Shown here: piece after piece, positions 48,827 to 56,577 of the stretch | Layout: each line of letters starts with the position of its first letter | Numbering within the stretch: position 1 is the stretch's first letter | Source of the DNA: Colwellia polaris | GTDB taxonomy: Archaea; Nanohalarchaeota; Nanosalinia; Nanosalinales; Nanosalinaceae | Length of the DNA stretch: 64,000 nucleotides | NCBI GenBank assembly: GCA_047617785.1 | Contig: JBLGBK010000001.1 | Location: forward strand, 1 to 64,000 | Direction: 5' to 3' | The notes under the pieces: model-generated | Databases searched by the model: none | What the model saw: only the letters and a program-made list of their open reading frames with translations | Told to the model about the DNA's origin: nothing | Program-made: the position numbers and the translations under genes

Positions 48827-49819
48827 TCAATTATTTTGTGCTGATTGAGATACCTTTTGCCACATTTCAGATAATTTGTTAATAGCCTCTTGCTCGCCCT
48901 GCTCTTCAAGAGTCTTAAACTTGATCATTTTCTCTAGTTGTTGATTTATAGATTTCATACCTTCTTCTAAAGTTTCTAACTCACCTACAATCTCTTCAGC
49001 TTCCTGGGATCGGTCAGTCTTACTTGCTCTTCCAGGTCCATCTGTTGATGTCTGTACACGTTCTTTTACAAGAGGTTCAAGCCGCTGTTTTATCTCTTTG
49101 AAAAGTTTCTTATCTTCAGTAAGATCTTCCTTCAGCTCTTGTATTTCCTCTTTATTCAACTGTGCTTCGTCATTTATAGCCGAGTCTACCTCTTGGAGTT
49201 CCTGAGCAAGTCTTTGCGCCTTATTGTCCATATTGCTGTAGTGCTCTTCTGCAGTACTCTCAGCACCATCTGCTTCTCTAAGTAGTCCAAGAACATCATC
49301 ATAACCTTCTTGCTGGGCTATAGTTCTCAGACCCTCCTCGATATTCCTTATCTTGTGAAGCTGATTCCTAAGTTGTGCCATAGACTGAAAAGTAGCATTA
49401 AGTTCAATTACGTCTTCAATAGCCTCCTCTACTTCAATCTCAACATCATACTGCTCCTCTTGAAAATTATCTTGAAAATCACTAAGAGCATTTGCAGCAT
49501 CACGTACTCTTTCAAGTTGGTCATGGAGATAGTTGAGGAGCTCATCTTGAGATCTGGATTGCGATTCTTTCTTTATGTCTTTGTTTATCGCTACAAAATC
49601 CTTATGTATCTCTTTAAGATCTCTTAACTCTTTATTTTCATCCTGCATAACTTGCTTGGCTGCTTGTTTTATTTCTTCAAGCCGTTCGATATCTTCTGTT
49701 ATCTCTTTTTCAATAAATTCTTCCATTTCTATATCTTTTTCCAAAGCTTGTTCTAATGATTCTGCCGCCTCATAAAGCTGCTGATGGATTTTCTCTCTAT
49801 TGGGATTATCTTCTGACAT
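48827..49819 (-). CDS. Soluble coiled-coil protein
   Basis: All-helical and heptad-rich. AGGTG SD lies before ATG 49819. Confidence 0.75.
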   Translation of the reverse strand: MSEDNPNREKIHQQLYEAAESLEQALEKDIEMEEFIEKEITEDIERLEEIKQAAKQVMQDENKELRDLKEIHKDFVAINKDIKKESQSRSQDELLNYLHDQLERVRDAANALSDFQDNFQEEQYDVEIEVEEAIEDVIELNATFQSMAQLRNQLHKIRNIEEGLRTIAQQEGYDDVLGLLREADGAESTAEEHYSNMDNKAQRLAQELQEVDSAINDEAQLNKEEIQELKEDLTEDKKLFKEIKQRLEPLVKERVQTSTDGPGRASKTDRSQEAEEIVGELETLEEGMKSINQQLEKMIKFKTLEEQGEQEAINKLSEMWQKVSQSAQNN

Positions 49820-49827
49820 TATAACAC

Positions 49828-50565
49828 CTAAAGACTGTTTGAACAACCACTGCCATTACACGTTTTAGCACTCTGTGGATTTAATTTATAACAATTTGAA
49901 CACACTTTAAAGCCTAAGCTATTAGCTGCGCTCGCATATTTATTGCCTGCTTGATTTACATATTTATTGGCACCAAAAACGCTTTTTGCACTACTAGCAT
50001 ATTTTTTAGCTCCGTTGACTCCACGCTTAGCAGCACTAGATACTCCTGCTTTGTCTAGACCATCTTTAGCTTTTCCTCCGCCCCATGCAAGAGCCTTTCC
50101 GGAGGCACCCACGGAGGCTAAAACTCCTGCGCTACCGCCTCCGACGACAGCTATAACAAGTGCAACTATTCCAAACACTAGTGCTAGTAAGAGAACCTGT
50201 TGAATAGTCAGTAGGACGTTGAAGTATGTATGTGCGCCCGTCATCATGACTATCACAATTAAGAGAGATAGTATTGCCCCAAGGTTTCTACTACTTCCTC
50301 CACTGCTTCCTATTGTGCTGCTACTTCCGCCCATGTTGAACAGGCTTTGCAAGCCAAACTTGTTTACCAGCTTCTTTATAATTAGATAAACTGCGAACCA
50401 CATCAGACCGAAAGCTGAGGCAGACGCTACTAGTTGACGCCAATTTTCAGTAGGGAGCGGTATCTGTGTGAGAAGACCGAATAGACCTCCTGATTCGCCA
50501 TGAGATGCAGTTGCTATAGAAGTGAAGGAGATAAGAAGAGAGGTTAAAATGGTTTTTTTGTTCAT
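49828..50565 (-). CDS. Signal peptide + 3-TM module + basic tail with zinc ribbon
   Basis: ATA-SHG and a C-terminal CSNC...CNGSGC zinc ribbon. Confidence 0.75.
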   Translation of the reverse strand: MNKKTILTSLLISFTSIATASHGESGGLFGLLTQIPLPTENWRQLVASASAFGLMWFAVYLIIKKLVNKFGLQSLFNMGGSSSTIGSSGGSSRNLGAILSLLIVIVMMTGAHTYFNVLLTIQQVLLLALVFGIVALVIAVVGGGSAGVLASVGASGKALAWGGGKAKDGLDKAGVSSAAKRGVNGAKKYASSAKSVFGANKYVNQAGNKYASAANSLGFKVCSNCYKLNPQSAKTCNGSGCSNSL

Positions 50566-50602
50566 GCAGTAGTTAATCAGCTCCTTCTTTAAATTAATTT
50601 AC

Positions 50603-51055
50603 CTAAAATACTGCTTTCACGATCATATAGACAACTACTAGCCCTGCACCAATGAATAGTATATATGTCAGCCCTCCAAATACGATGAAAATCAATTCGT
50701 TTATATCCTGGAAAAGCTTCGTAGGAACTAGCATCAATGTCACGGTCAAAGCTATAAGCGTCGCGTACTTGTTTCGCTGTTTCCTTTTAGCCTTTTTATC
50801 CTGAGCCCATTCATCATCAGGGCTTAAAGCAAATTTTAGCGCCTGCTTTAGTCCTATCTGGAAGATGAAAAATATTAGTAGAAACGGAGCAACTAGCTCT
50901 GTAAGCAGCTCAACATTCGATTCATAGTGAGGTATCTGAAAATTCTCATACGGATTGTCAGTTCCTGTCGAGCCATGAAAAGATGCTGCTGCTCCAGAAA
51001 CCATCAACATCAGGAATATGAGACTATAGAAGGCTTTAGAAGTCAAAGTCGTCAT
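50603..51055 (-). CDS. Signal peptide + 3-TM module protein
   Basis: Likely start is ATG 51055 after GGAGGTGA. AAA-SFHG and APFLLIFFIF...NKYATLIAL. Confidence 0.72.
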   Translation of the reverse strand: MTTLTSKAFYSLIFLMLMVSGAAASFHGSTGTDNPYENFQIPHYESNVELLTELVAPFLLIFFIFQIGLKQALKFALSPDDEWAQDKKAKRKQRNKYATLIALTVTLMLVPTKLFQDINELIFIVFGGLTYILFIGAGLVVVYMIVKAVF

Positions 51056-51302
51056 CTCCCATGTCACCTCCCATATCAGCATCCATACCGCCACCGCCGC
51101 TTCTGATATGTTGGAGATACGTAGGAAGCATCTCATCAATAATAAATCCTGCAAGCAAACCAGTAGCGGCTGCAACCGCATATTCTCCTGCAAATGGCTG
51201 TAATCCAACCATCTTTGCAAATGACTCTCCCGTCACGCTAGCAGCAGCTAGTCCGGATGCGGCGGAAGCGGGGAAGGCTAAGAATTTCCAGGGATCGTTC
51301 AT
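51036..51302 (-). CDS. Small 2-TM protein with Gly/Met/Asp tail
   Basis: Ala-rich helices, GLLAGFII, and tail GGGGMDADMGGDMGDDDFDF. Confidence 0.72.
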   Translation of the reverse strand: MNDPWKFLAFPASAASGLAAASVTGESFAKMVGLQPFAGEYAVAAATGLLAGFIIDEMLPTYLQHIRSGGGGMDADMGGDMGDDDFDF

Positions 51303-51386
51303 GTAGTACTATTCCCTTAACATAAATTTAAATATAAATTATCGACAGGTCTTCAAAGAAGAGATAAAGGAAACATGTAGGACTGC

Positions 51387-51929
51387 TTACTGAGGTGATT
51401 GCGTACCCTTCAACAGTTTCTTTATTGAGACCAAAGTTTGATCTGCTTGACTTTGGTGCTCATCTACTTGCTGAATAATCTTGGCAGTCTCCTGCATATC
51501 ATTTTCAGCGATTTTCTCATGCTCAATCTCTCCTTTAATACGTTTCTCAATATCAGAAATCTCGTTTTCTAGACTTTCAGCTTCTGATAATGCAGAATCA
51601 AGGTCCTCTCGCAGCCTATTTATCTCCTGCTGAACCTGATCATTATTATTTCCTCTCAAATCGTCCCATAGACTCTTAGACTGTTGTTGAGCTTTCTTCT
51701 CCTTTAAATCAGAAACTATCTCGCCAATTTCCTTTTCTTTCGCCTTTAAATCCTCAAGTTTTTGCTCGGCGTCTTCGGCTTCCTCAACAACTGTGTGATC
51801 CATCTGTATAGTCTTCTTCATCTCCTCGATTTCTTCCTTGGAGTCCTTTATAATCTGCTCTAATTCTTTTTTCTCTTCATTTTCTCTTCCTATTGCCGAA
51901 TTAATCGTACCCATAACATCTCGATCCAT
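51387..51929 (-). CDS. Coiled-coil hairpin protein
   Basis: Two long helices joined by SLWDDLRG. GAGGT SD upstream. Confidence 0.75.
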   Translation of the reverse strand: MDRDVMGTINSAIGRENEEKKELEQIIKDSKEEIEEMKKTIQMDHTVVEEAEDAEQKLEDLKAKEKEIGEIVSDLKEKKAQQQSKSLWDDLRGNNNDQVQQEINRLREDLDSALSEAESLENEISDIEKRIKGEIEHEKIAENDMQETAKIIQQVDEHQSQADQTLVSIKKLLKGTQSPQ

Positions 51930-51982
51930 AATTGTAACCTCTTAGTGAAACTTACCAAATCACGCCTTATAAAGATTTTCTA

Positions 51983-52219
51983 TCAAGAATTACGAAATTT
52001 TCCAAGTCTTTCTAGCGTTTCCAGAATACCCCATGCGTAGATTACCGATTCCCATGCACGTATATAGTCTTCTTCCTCAAGAAAGTGAGAGGTATCATCA
52101 CGGTAGGCGAGGACATTCTCCATCTGTTCTACATCTTTATCTCTGTCTTCAAGCCTACCTTCAAGGCGTTCCAACCATTTCTCTGTTTCTTGTTTAAGCT
52201 TTTCCTGTGTCTTGTTCAT
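51983..52219 (-). CDS. DUF357 family protein
   Basis: AYRDDTSHF...YAWGILE. Conserved neighbour of dph5. Confidence 0.85.
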   Translation of the reverse strand: MNKTQEKLKQETEKWLERLEGRLEDRDKDVEQMENVLAYRDDTSHFLEEEDYIRAWESVIYAWGILETLERLGKFRNS

Positions 52220-52914
52220 CGGAAGTCTTCCAAGTTTTCTTCTTCGACGTGCGAGGTTTCGCCTATTATTATAATTGAATGAGGAGGTTCACCGGAAGCA
52301 GAAAGTTCTCCAAGTTCTCCGACCTGAACCGATTGACTGTCAAGATTAGAGCGCTCAAAGAAAACAGCTTCAGCCTTTTCTAAGTCAGAGTCCATCTCGA
52401 TCAGTTTCTCCGCCGCTTCATCAGCAGAGTAATCGATATCAAGCAGAACCAGCGTGTGAAGCCCTATTGAATCGTTCTTCTCGATATAATCAGTTATAGA
52501 GCCTGGTTTCATGTTTTTAGGAAGAGTAACTGTTCTTCCAAACTTGTATATACTGAGGCCTGTTTCAGCAATACCTGTGAAGATTGACGGCGCGTGCACT
52601 ACATTTGTTTCCAACCCCTGTTTTTCTGCACGTCTTTTGATATCAAAGTGTGTTGTGGCGGTTAATGCATCGCCGGAAACTAGGAAGGCTGTTTCTTGTT
52701 CTTTCGCTGATTCAACTATTTTGTCTTCTTGCTCCACTTGCTCACGTGTAAGCTTCTCAATCTCTTTACCCTTCTTTTCTTCGATCTTTTGCAAATCTAC
52801 TGTCTCCGTGTTAGTATAGAACTCTGCAAATACTTTTTCTGAGTTTTCTATAGCATTCAGTCCTTTTACAGTTATTTCATCGTTGTCAAGCCCTAGGCCT
52901 ATGAGGTGGAGCAT
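52216..52914 (-). CDS. dph5: Diphthine synthase
   Basis: LIGLGL, EFYT, GDALTATTH, YKFGRTVT and GLHTLVLLD motifs. Confidence 0.96.
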   Translation of the reverse strand: MLHLIGLGLDNDEITVKGLNAIENSEKVFAEFYTNTETVDLQKIEEKKGKEIEKLTREQVEQEDKIVESAKEQETAFLVSGDALTATTHFDIKRRAEKQGLETNVVHAPSIFTGIAETGLSIYKFGRTVTLPKNMKPGSITDYIEKNDSIGLHTLVLLDIDYSADEAAEKLIEMDSDLEKAEAVFFERSNLDSQSVQVGELGELSASGEPPHSIIIIGETSHVEEENLEDFR

Positions 52915-52974
52915 TATAGATTTAATCAGTTATGTAACTGTTTTTAATTAGTTGGAGCGAAGAGGTTTTACACA

Positions 52975-53994
52975 TTGAACCAGGAAAAAATTGAGGAAAA
53001 AGCAGCAGGACTTTTCGAAAGACAAGGATTCGAAGTCGAAAAGAGCAGTAATAGGTTCAGCGCTGTAAAAGATAAAAACAAATTAGAGTTTCAGGTTTTC
53101 TCCTCAGAAAAATACAGAATAGAAGATGTTGAAGAGAAGGCGGAGGATGTAAACACCGTTTTCGTTGATGAGGAATTGAAGGATATCGATGTTGAAGGTA
53201 AAGTATCAGTTCTGAAAGATGAAGAAAATAGTAAAGATTACGATCTGCCTAGTTTCGAGTTAATCGGCGATATAGCGGTTATAAACGATCTTGATGGGCG
53301 GGAGGAGAAAGACGTTGTTGAAGGTATCAAGGAGAATCACCCTCATATTGAAACTATGCTTCTTAAGGAGGAACAACTTTCTGGAGAGTTCCGTGTAGGA
53401 GAGTACAGAAAACTTTACGGAGAGAGTACAGAAACAGTGCATACCGAGTTCGGAGTTGATATCAAGGTCGATCCGACAAAAACATATTATTCAGAGCGTT
53501 TCTCAACGGAGAGAAGACGTGTAGCTAAGCAGATAGGGTCAGGAGATAAGGTTCTTGTAATGTTTGCTGGCGTCGGACCGTTCGCATTGATCGCTGCAAA
53601 ACATTCAGAAGCAGAAAAAATAGTTGCAGTTGAGAAAAATCCTGAAGCCTGCGAATACCTGAAAGAAAACATAGAGTTAAACAACTATGAGAGCAGGATA
53701 GAAGGCTATTGCGGAGATGTAGAGAATATTCTGCCAGAATTGAATAAGAAGTTCGATCATATAGTAATGCCTCTACCAGGAAAGGCCAATGAATTCCTAA
53801 AGATAGCAGAAAAAGCTGCCTCAGAAAATGCAACGATACATTACTATCGTTTCATGGAAGAAGATAGAGAGGAACAGCTAAGAGCAGAGATCAGCGATAT
53901 CCTGGATAGAGGTTTCAGCATCAAGGGAATCGTGGAATGTGGTGAGAAAAGTCCTTCTACCAAAAGAGTTTGTGTCGATATAGAACTCGAATAG
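52975..53994 (+). CDS. trm5: tRNA (guanine37-N1) methyltransferase, Trm5/TYW2 (Met-10+) family
   Basis: IGDIAVI, GEFRV, YYSERFSTER, MFAGVGPF and MPLP motifs. Confidence 0.9.
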   Translation: MNQEKIEEKAAGLFERQGFEVEKSSNRFSAVKDKNKLEFQVFSSEKYRIEDVEEKAEDVNTVFVDEELKDIDVEGKVSVLKDEENSKDYDLPSFELIGDIAVINDLDGREEKDVVEGIKENHPHIETMLLKEEQLSGEFRVGEYRKLYGESTETVHTEFGVDIKVDPTKTYYSERFSTERRRVAKQIGSGDKVLVMFAGVGPFALIAAKHSEAEKIVAVEKNPEACEYLKENIELNNYESRIEGYCGDVENILPELNKKFDHIVMPLPGKANEFLKIAEKAASENATIHYYRFMEEDREEQLRAEISDILDRGFSIKGIVECGEKSPSTKRVCVDIELE

Positions 53995-54042
53995 AAATAA
54001 AAAGCTTGGCTCAAATAGTTGTTATCAAGAGGTAATTACAAA

Positions 54043-54618
54043 ATGGCAACTAGACGCGAGATTCTAGCCGGAGTAGGTTTGGCAGTCGGCGGAGGAACAG
54101 TGGCTCTTGCAGGCGATCACGTAGCAGAAAATTACAAGTTACAAGACCCAATTGACATAGACCTAAGATCTCCATTAACAAAGAAGCGAGATAATGGAAA
54201 AACCCCTGTAGATAACCACTCTGATTTTGAAGGTGGTGATCCACCAAGTAACGTCGAAGATGGCGACAACAATGGTAACGGGGAGCGCTACGAAGACGAC
54301 GACAGCGACTCTACTCCATGGTTCGAGACGTATGACGTAGGGGACTTCACAGAAGACCTGTATAACGAATCTGATTATTCAGTTGCAGTCACAAACGACT
54401 TCCTGCTTGATGCCTACGAAGAAGGAGGCGAAGAAATATACAGAGCATTAGTCGAAGATGACGAACTAAAAGTAAATGACAGTGGCCCAGCGCACCTCTA
54501 CAACGACACTCCCGGACTAGGATACTCCGAAGATTTTGGAGGCAAAGTAGAGACGCTAAGCAGAGAGGACGAATTAGAAGAGCTTCTCGAAGACTACGTC
54601 GAAGAAGAATTAGGATAA
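54043..54618 (+). CDS. Acidic protein with twin-arginine (Tat-like) signal peptide
   Basis: MATRREILAGVGLAVGGGTVALA|G. GAGGT SD upstream. Confidence 0.75.
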   Translation: MATRREILAGVGLAVGGGTVALAGDHVAENYKLQDPIDIDLRSPLTKKRDNGKTPVDNHSDFEGGDPPSNVEDGDNNGNGERYEDDDSDSTPWFETYDVGDFTEDLYNESDYSVAVTNDFLLDAYEEGGEEIYRALVEDDELKVNDSGPAHLYNDTPGLGYSEDFGGKVETLSREDELEELLEDYVEEELG

Positions 54619-54730
54619 ATTCTTCTGCACCACAAACATATTTTTACTACATTTTCTTTCCTTAATTTCTAGCCACTATAGACAACGAATATAAAATTTA
54701 GAGCCTGTTATTAGACTTGAGTGATAAATA

Positions 54731-55738
54731 ATGCCACTAGGTAGATTGATTTTTGGGCAAGGCGGATTAATTGCTATGGACAAAGCCGGGAAAGCTGCCG
54801 AAAGACTTGCAGAATATCTTGAAGACGAACAGTATGATTCTGTCAGAGTGGATAGACACACAATTGATAGACCTGGCTCTTCCGAGGAAGACTATAGCGA
54901 AACCAATCTAATACCTAAAGAAACATATGATACTGTTTTCATACCCGAAGGACAGGAGCCAGGTTTAGTTCCTGTAGAAAACTATACTATTTTTAGTCAA
55001 AACCCTGAAGAAAACAATAAAGGAGGTGACAATATCATGACAGAACTTGAAAGCGACTATTTCCAAGAACGTGGAGCATCCGCAGTAGAAGCAATAGAAG
55101 GCGACTCCGCAGACGATTACAGCGATGAAGAACTTGAAGCATACGGTGTTGCTCTAGATCTCTGGCTAGCAGAGAACGGACAAATTGAAGAAGTTTCAGA
55201 CGGAGACCTTGCAGCTTACGCTCAAGATCAAGGGCTTCTGACAGAAGTAATGGCTGCCAAAGAAACATATCAAGACCATCTCAACCTCGATGGAGCATAT
55301 GAAGAGCTCCTAGATCAGACGGAAGAACGAACAGGAGACGCTGGACACGCAGTAATCGAAGTACAGCAGCTAGAGTACTTTGTTGACCGTATGTCCGAAG
55401 GAACAGAAAGAGTAGCACAGGCTCACGAAGAAACAGAACCAACCTATGAGCTACTACGAGAAACTCTCTCAAGCGGTGCAGACACTATCGACACAGCTGT
55501 TGACCGACTACTATCCGCAGGAGAATCCAAAGGAGTAGACATGGGTCGACCAGAAGATTTAGAAACAGACATAGAGTATCTTCAGATCCTAAACCAGTCA
55601 ATTGACGATGCTGAAGAAGAACTAGAGAACAGACAGGAAGATGGAGAAGATATAGATTTTGAAAGACTCAGACGGCTCGAGGAGCGAACACAAGACAGAA
55701 AAGGAATGGGAGAATCTCTAGATCGACTTGAAGATTAA
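54731..55738 (+). CDS. Acidic helical hypothetical protein (start uncertain; strong internal start at 55037)
   Basis: Long ORF with AGGAGGTGA at 55021-55029 before the in-frame ATG 55037. Confidence 0.65.
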   Translation: MPLGRLIFGQGGLIAMDKAGKAAERLAEYLEDEQYDSVRVDRHTIDRPGSSEEDYSETNLIPKETYDTVFIPEGQEPGLVPVENYTIFSQNPEENNKGGDNIMTELESDYFQERGASAVEAIEGDSADDYSDEELEAYGVALDLWLAENGQIEEVSDGDLAAYAQDQGLLTEVMAAKETYQDHLNLDGAYEELLDQTEERTGDAGHAVIEVQQLEYFVDRMSEGTERVAQAHEETEPTYELLRETLSSGADTIDTAVDRLLSAGESKGVDMGRPEDLETDIEYLQILNQSIDDAEEELENRQEDGEDIDFERLRRLEERTQDRKGMGESLDRLED

Positions 55739-55839
55739 AAACCAGTTCTGCTCCTTTTTCTCTATATTTTTTACAAAACATTGTACCGGGAAAAATACCC
55801 ACACAAAAATAATTTAACTTTTACTACTCATGAATAACT

Positions 55840-56493
55840 ATGAGCTCTGACAATTCAGATCCTATAGACGACTTATATGACGAGACTGTAGATCAGACAG
55901 AAGAACGTGAGAGCTTAGCAGGAAGACTTCTTGAGAGATATAAAGGATACAGAGAAGGACTCTCCGAAGGCGGCATTAGCATCCAACAGACAGGTCTCAT
56001 AAATATTGCTCGAATAGGAGACGATAGAGAAGAAACAACAGAAAGTCAAGAAGAAACTGGAGAGACACCAACCCGAAGAGACTTTATGAACGGCGTCAAA
56101 AAGACAGGTCTTTTACTTGCAGGCGGTGCAGCAGCCGGAGGAGCCGGAGCAGCAGTATGGGAGGCTTTTGACGAGGACGAAGACACAATATATAATATAG
56201 TCAACAACTACGAAGACGGAGAAGATTCTCCTCCACCATTATACACAGAGTCCTTAGACTACAGAAGCGAACTTGTAGTAGAACAGTTCTTCCAAGATAA
56301 TGAGGGCGCTCTAGGAAGAGAACTCACTCCCGGAGATATAGAAATTGGAGAGAACTATTTCGAAGGAGATTTCGAGAACGGTGAAAGGCTAAATTATGAA
56401 GAAGAGAACAGCTTCAACGAAGAAGAAGTCAAATACATGAATTCTATTGAAGATGAAGAGGATTTAGAGCACGCATTCAACCCACTTTTCTAG
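55840..56493 (+). CDS. Acidic protein with an internal twin-arginine motif and TM helix
   Basis: TRRDFM...LLLAGGAAAGGAGAAVW, after about 77 extra N-terminal residues. Confidence 0.72.
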   Translation: MSSDNSDPIDDLYDETVDQTEERESLAGRLLERYKGYREGLSEGGISIQQTGLINIARIGDDREETTESQEETGETPTRRDFMNGVKKTGLLLAGGAAAGGAGAAVWEAFDEDEDTIYNIVNNYEDGEDSPPPLYTESLDYRSELVVEQFFQDNEGALGRELTPGDIEIGENYFEGDFENGERLNYEEENSFNEEEVKYMNSIEDEEDLEHAFNPLF

Positions 56494-56577
56494 AGTTTTT
56501 ACTCACGAGTAACAAAAGGTATTTAAAGGTTGGCGCTCCAGTTAGTACTACAATACTACAACAGGTGAATAACTAAA

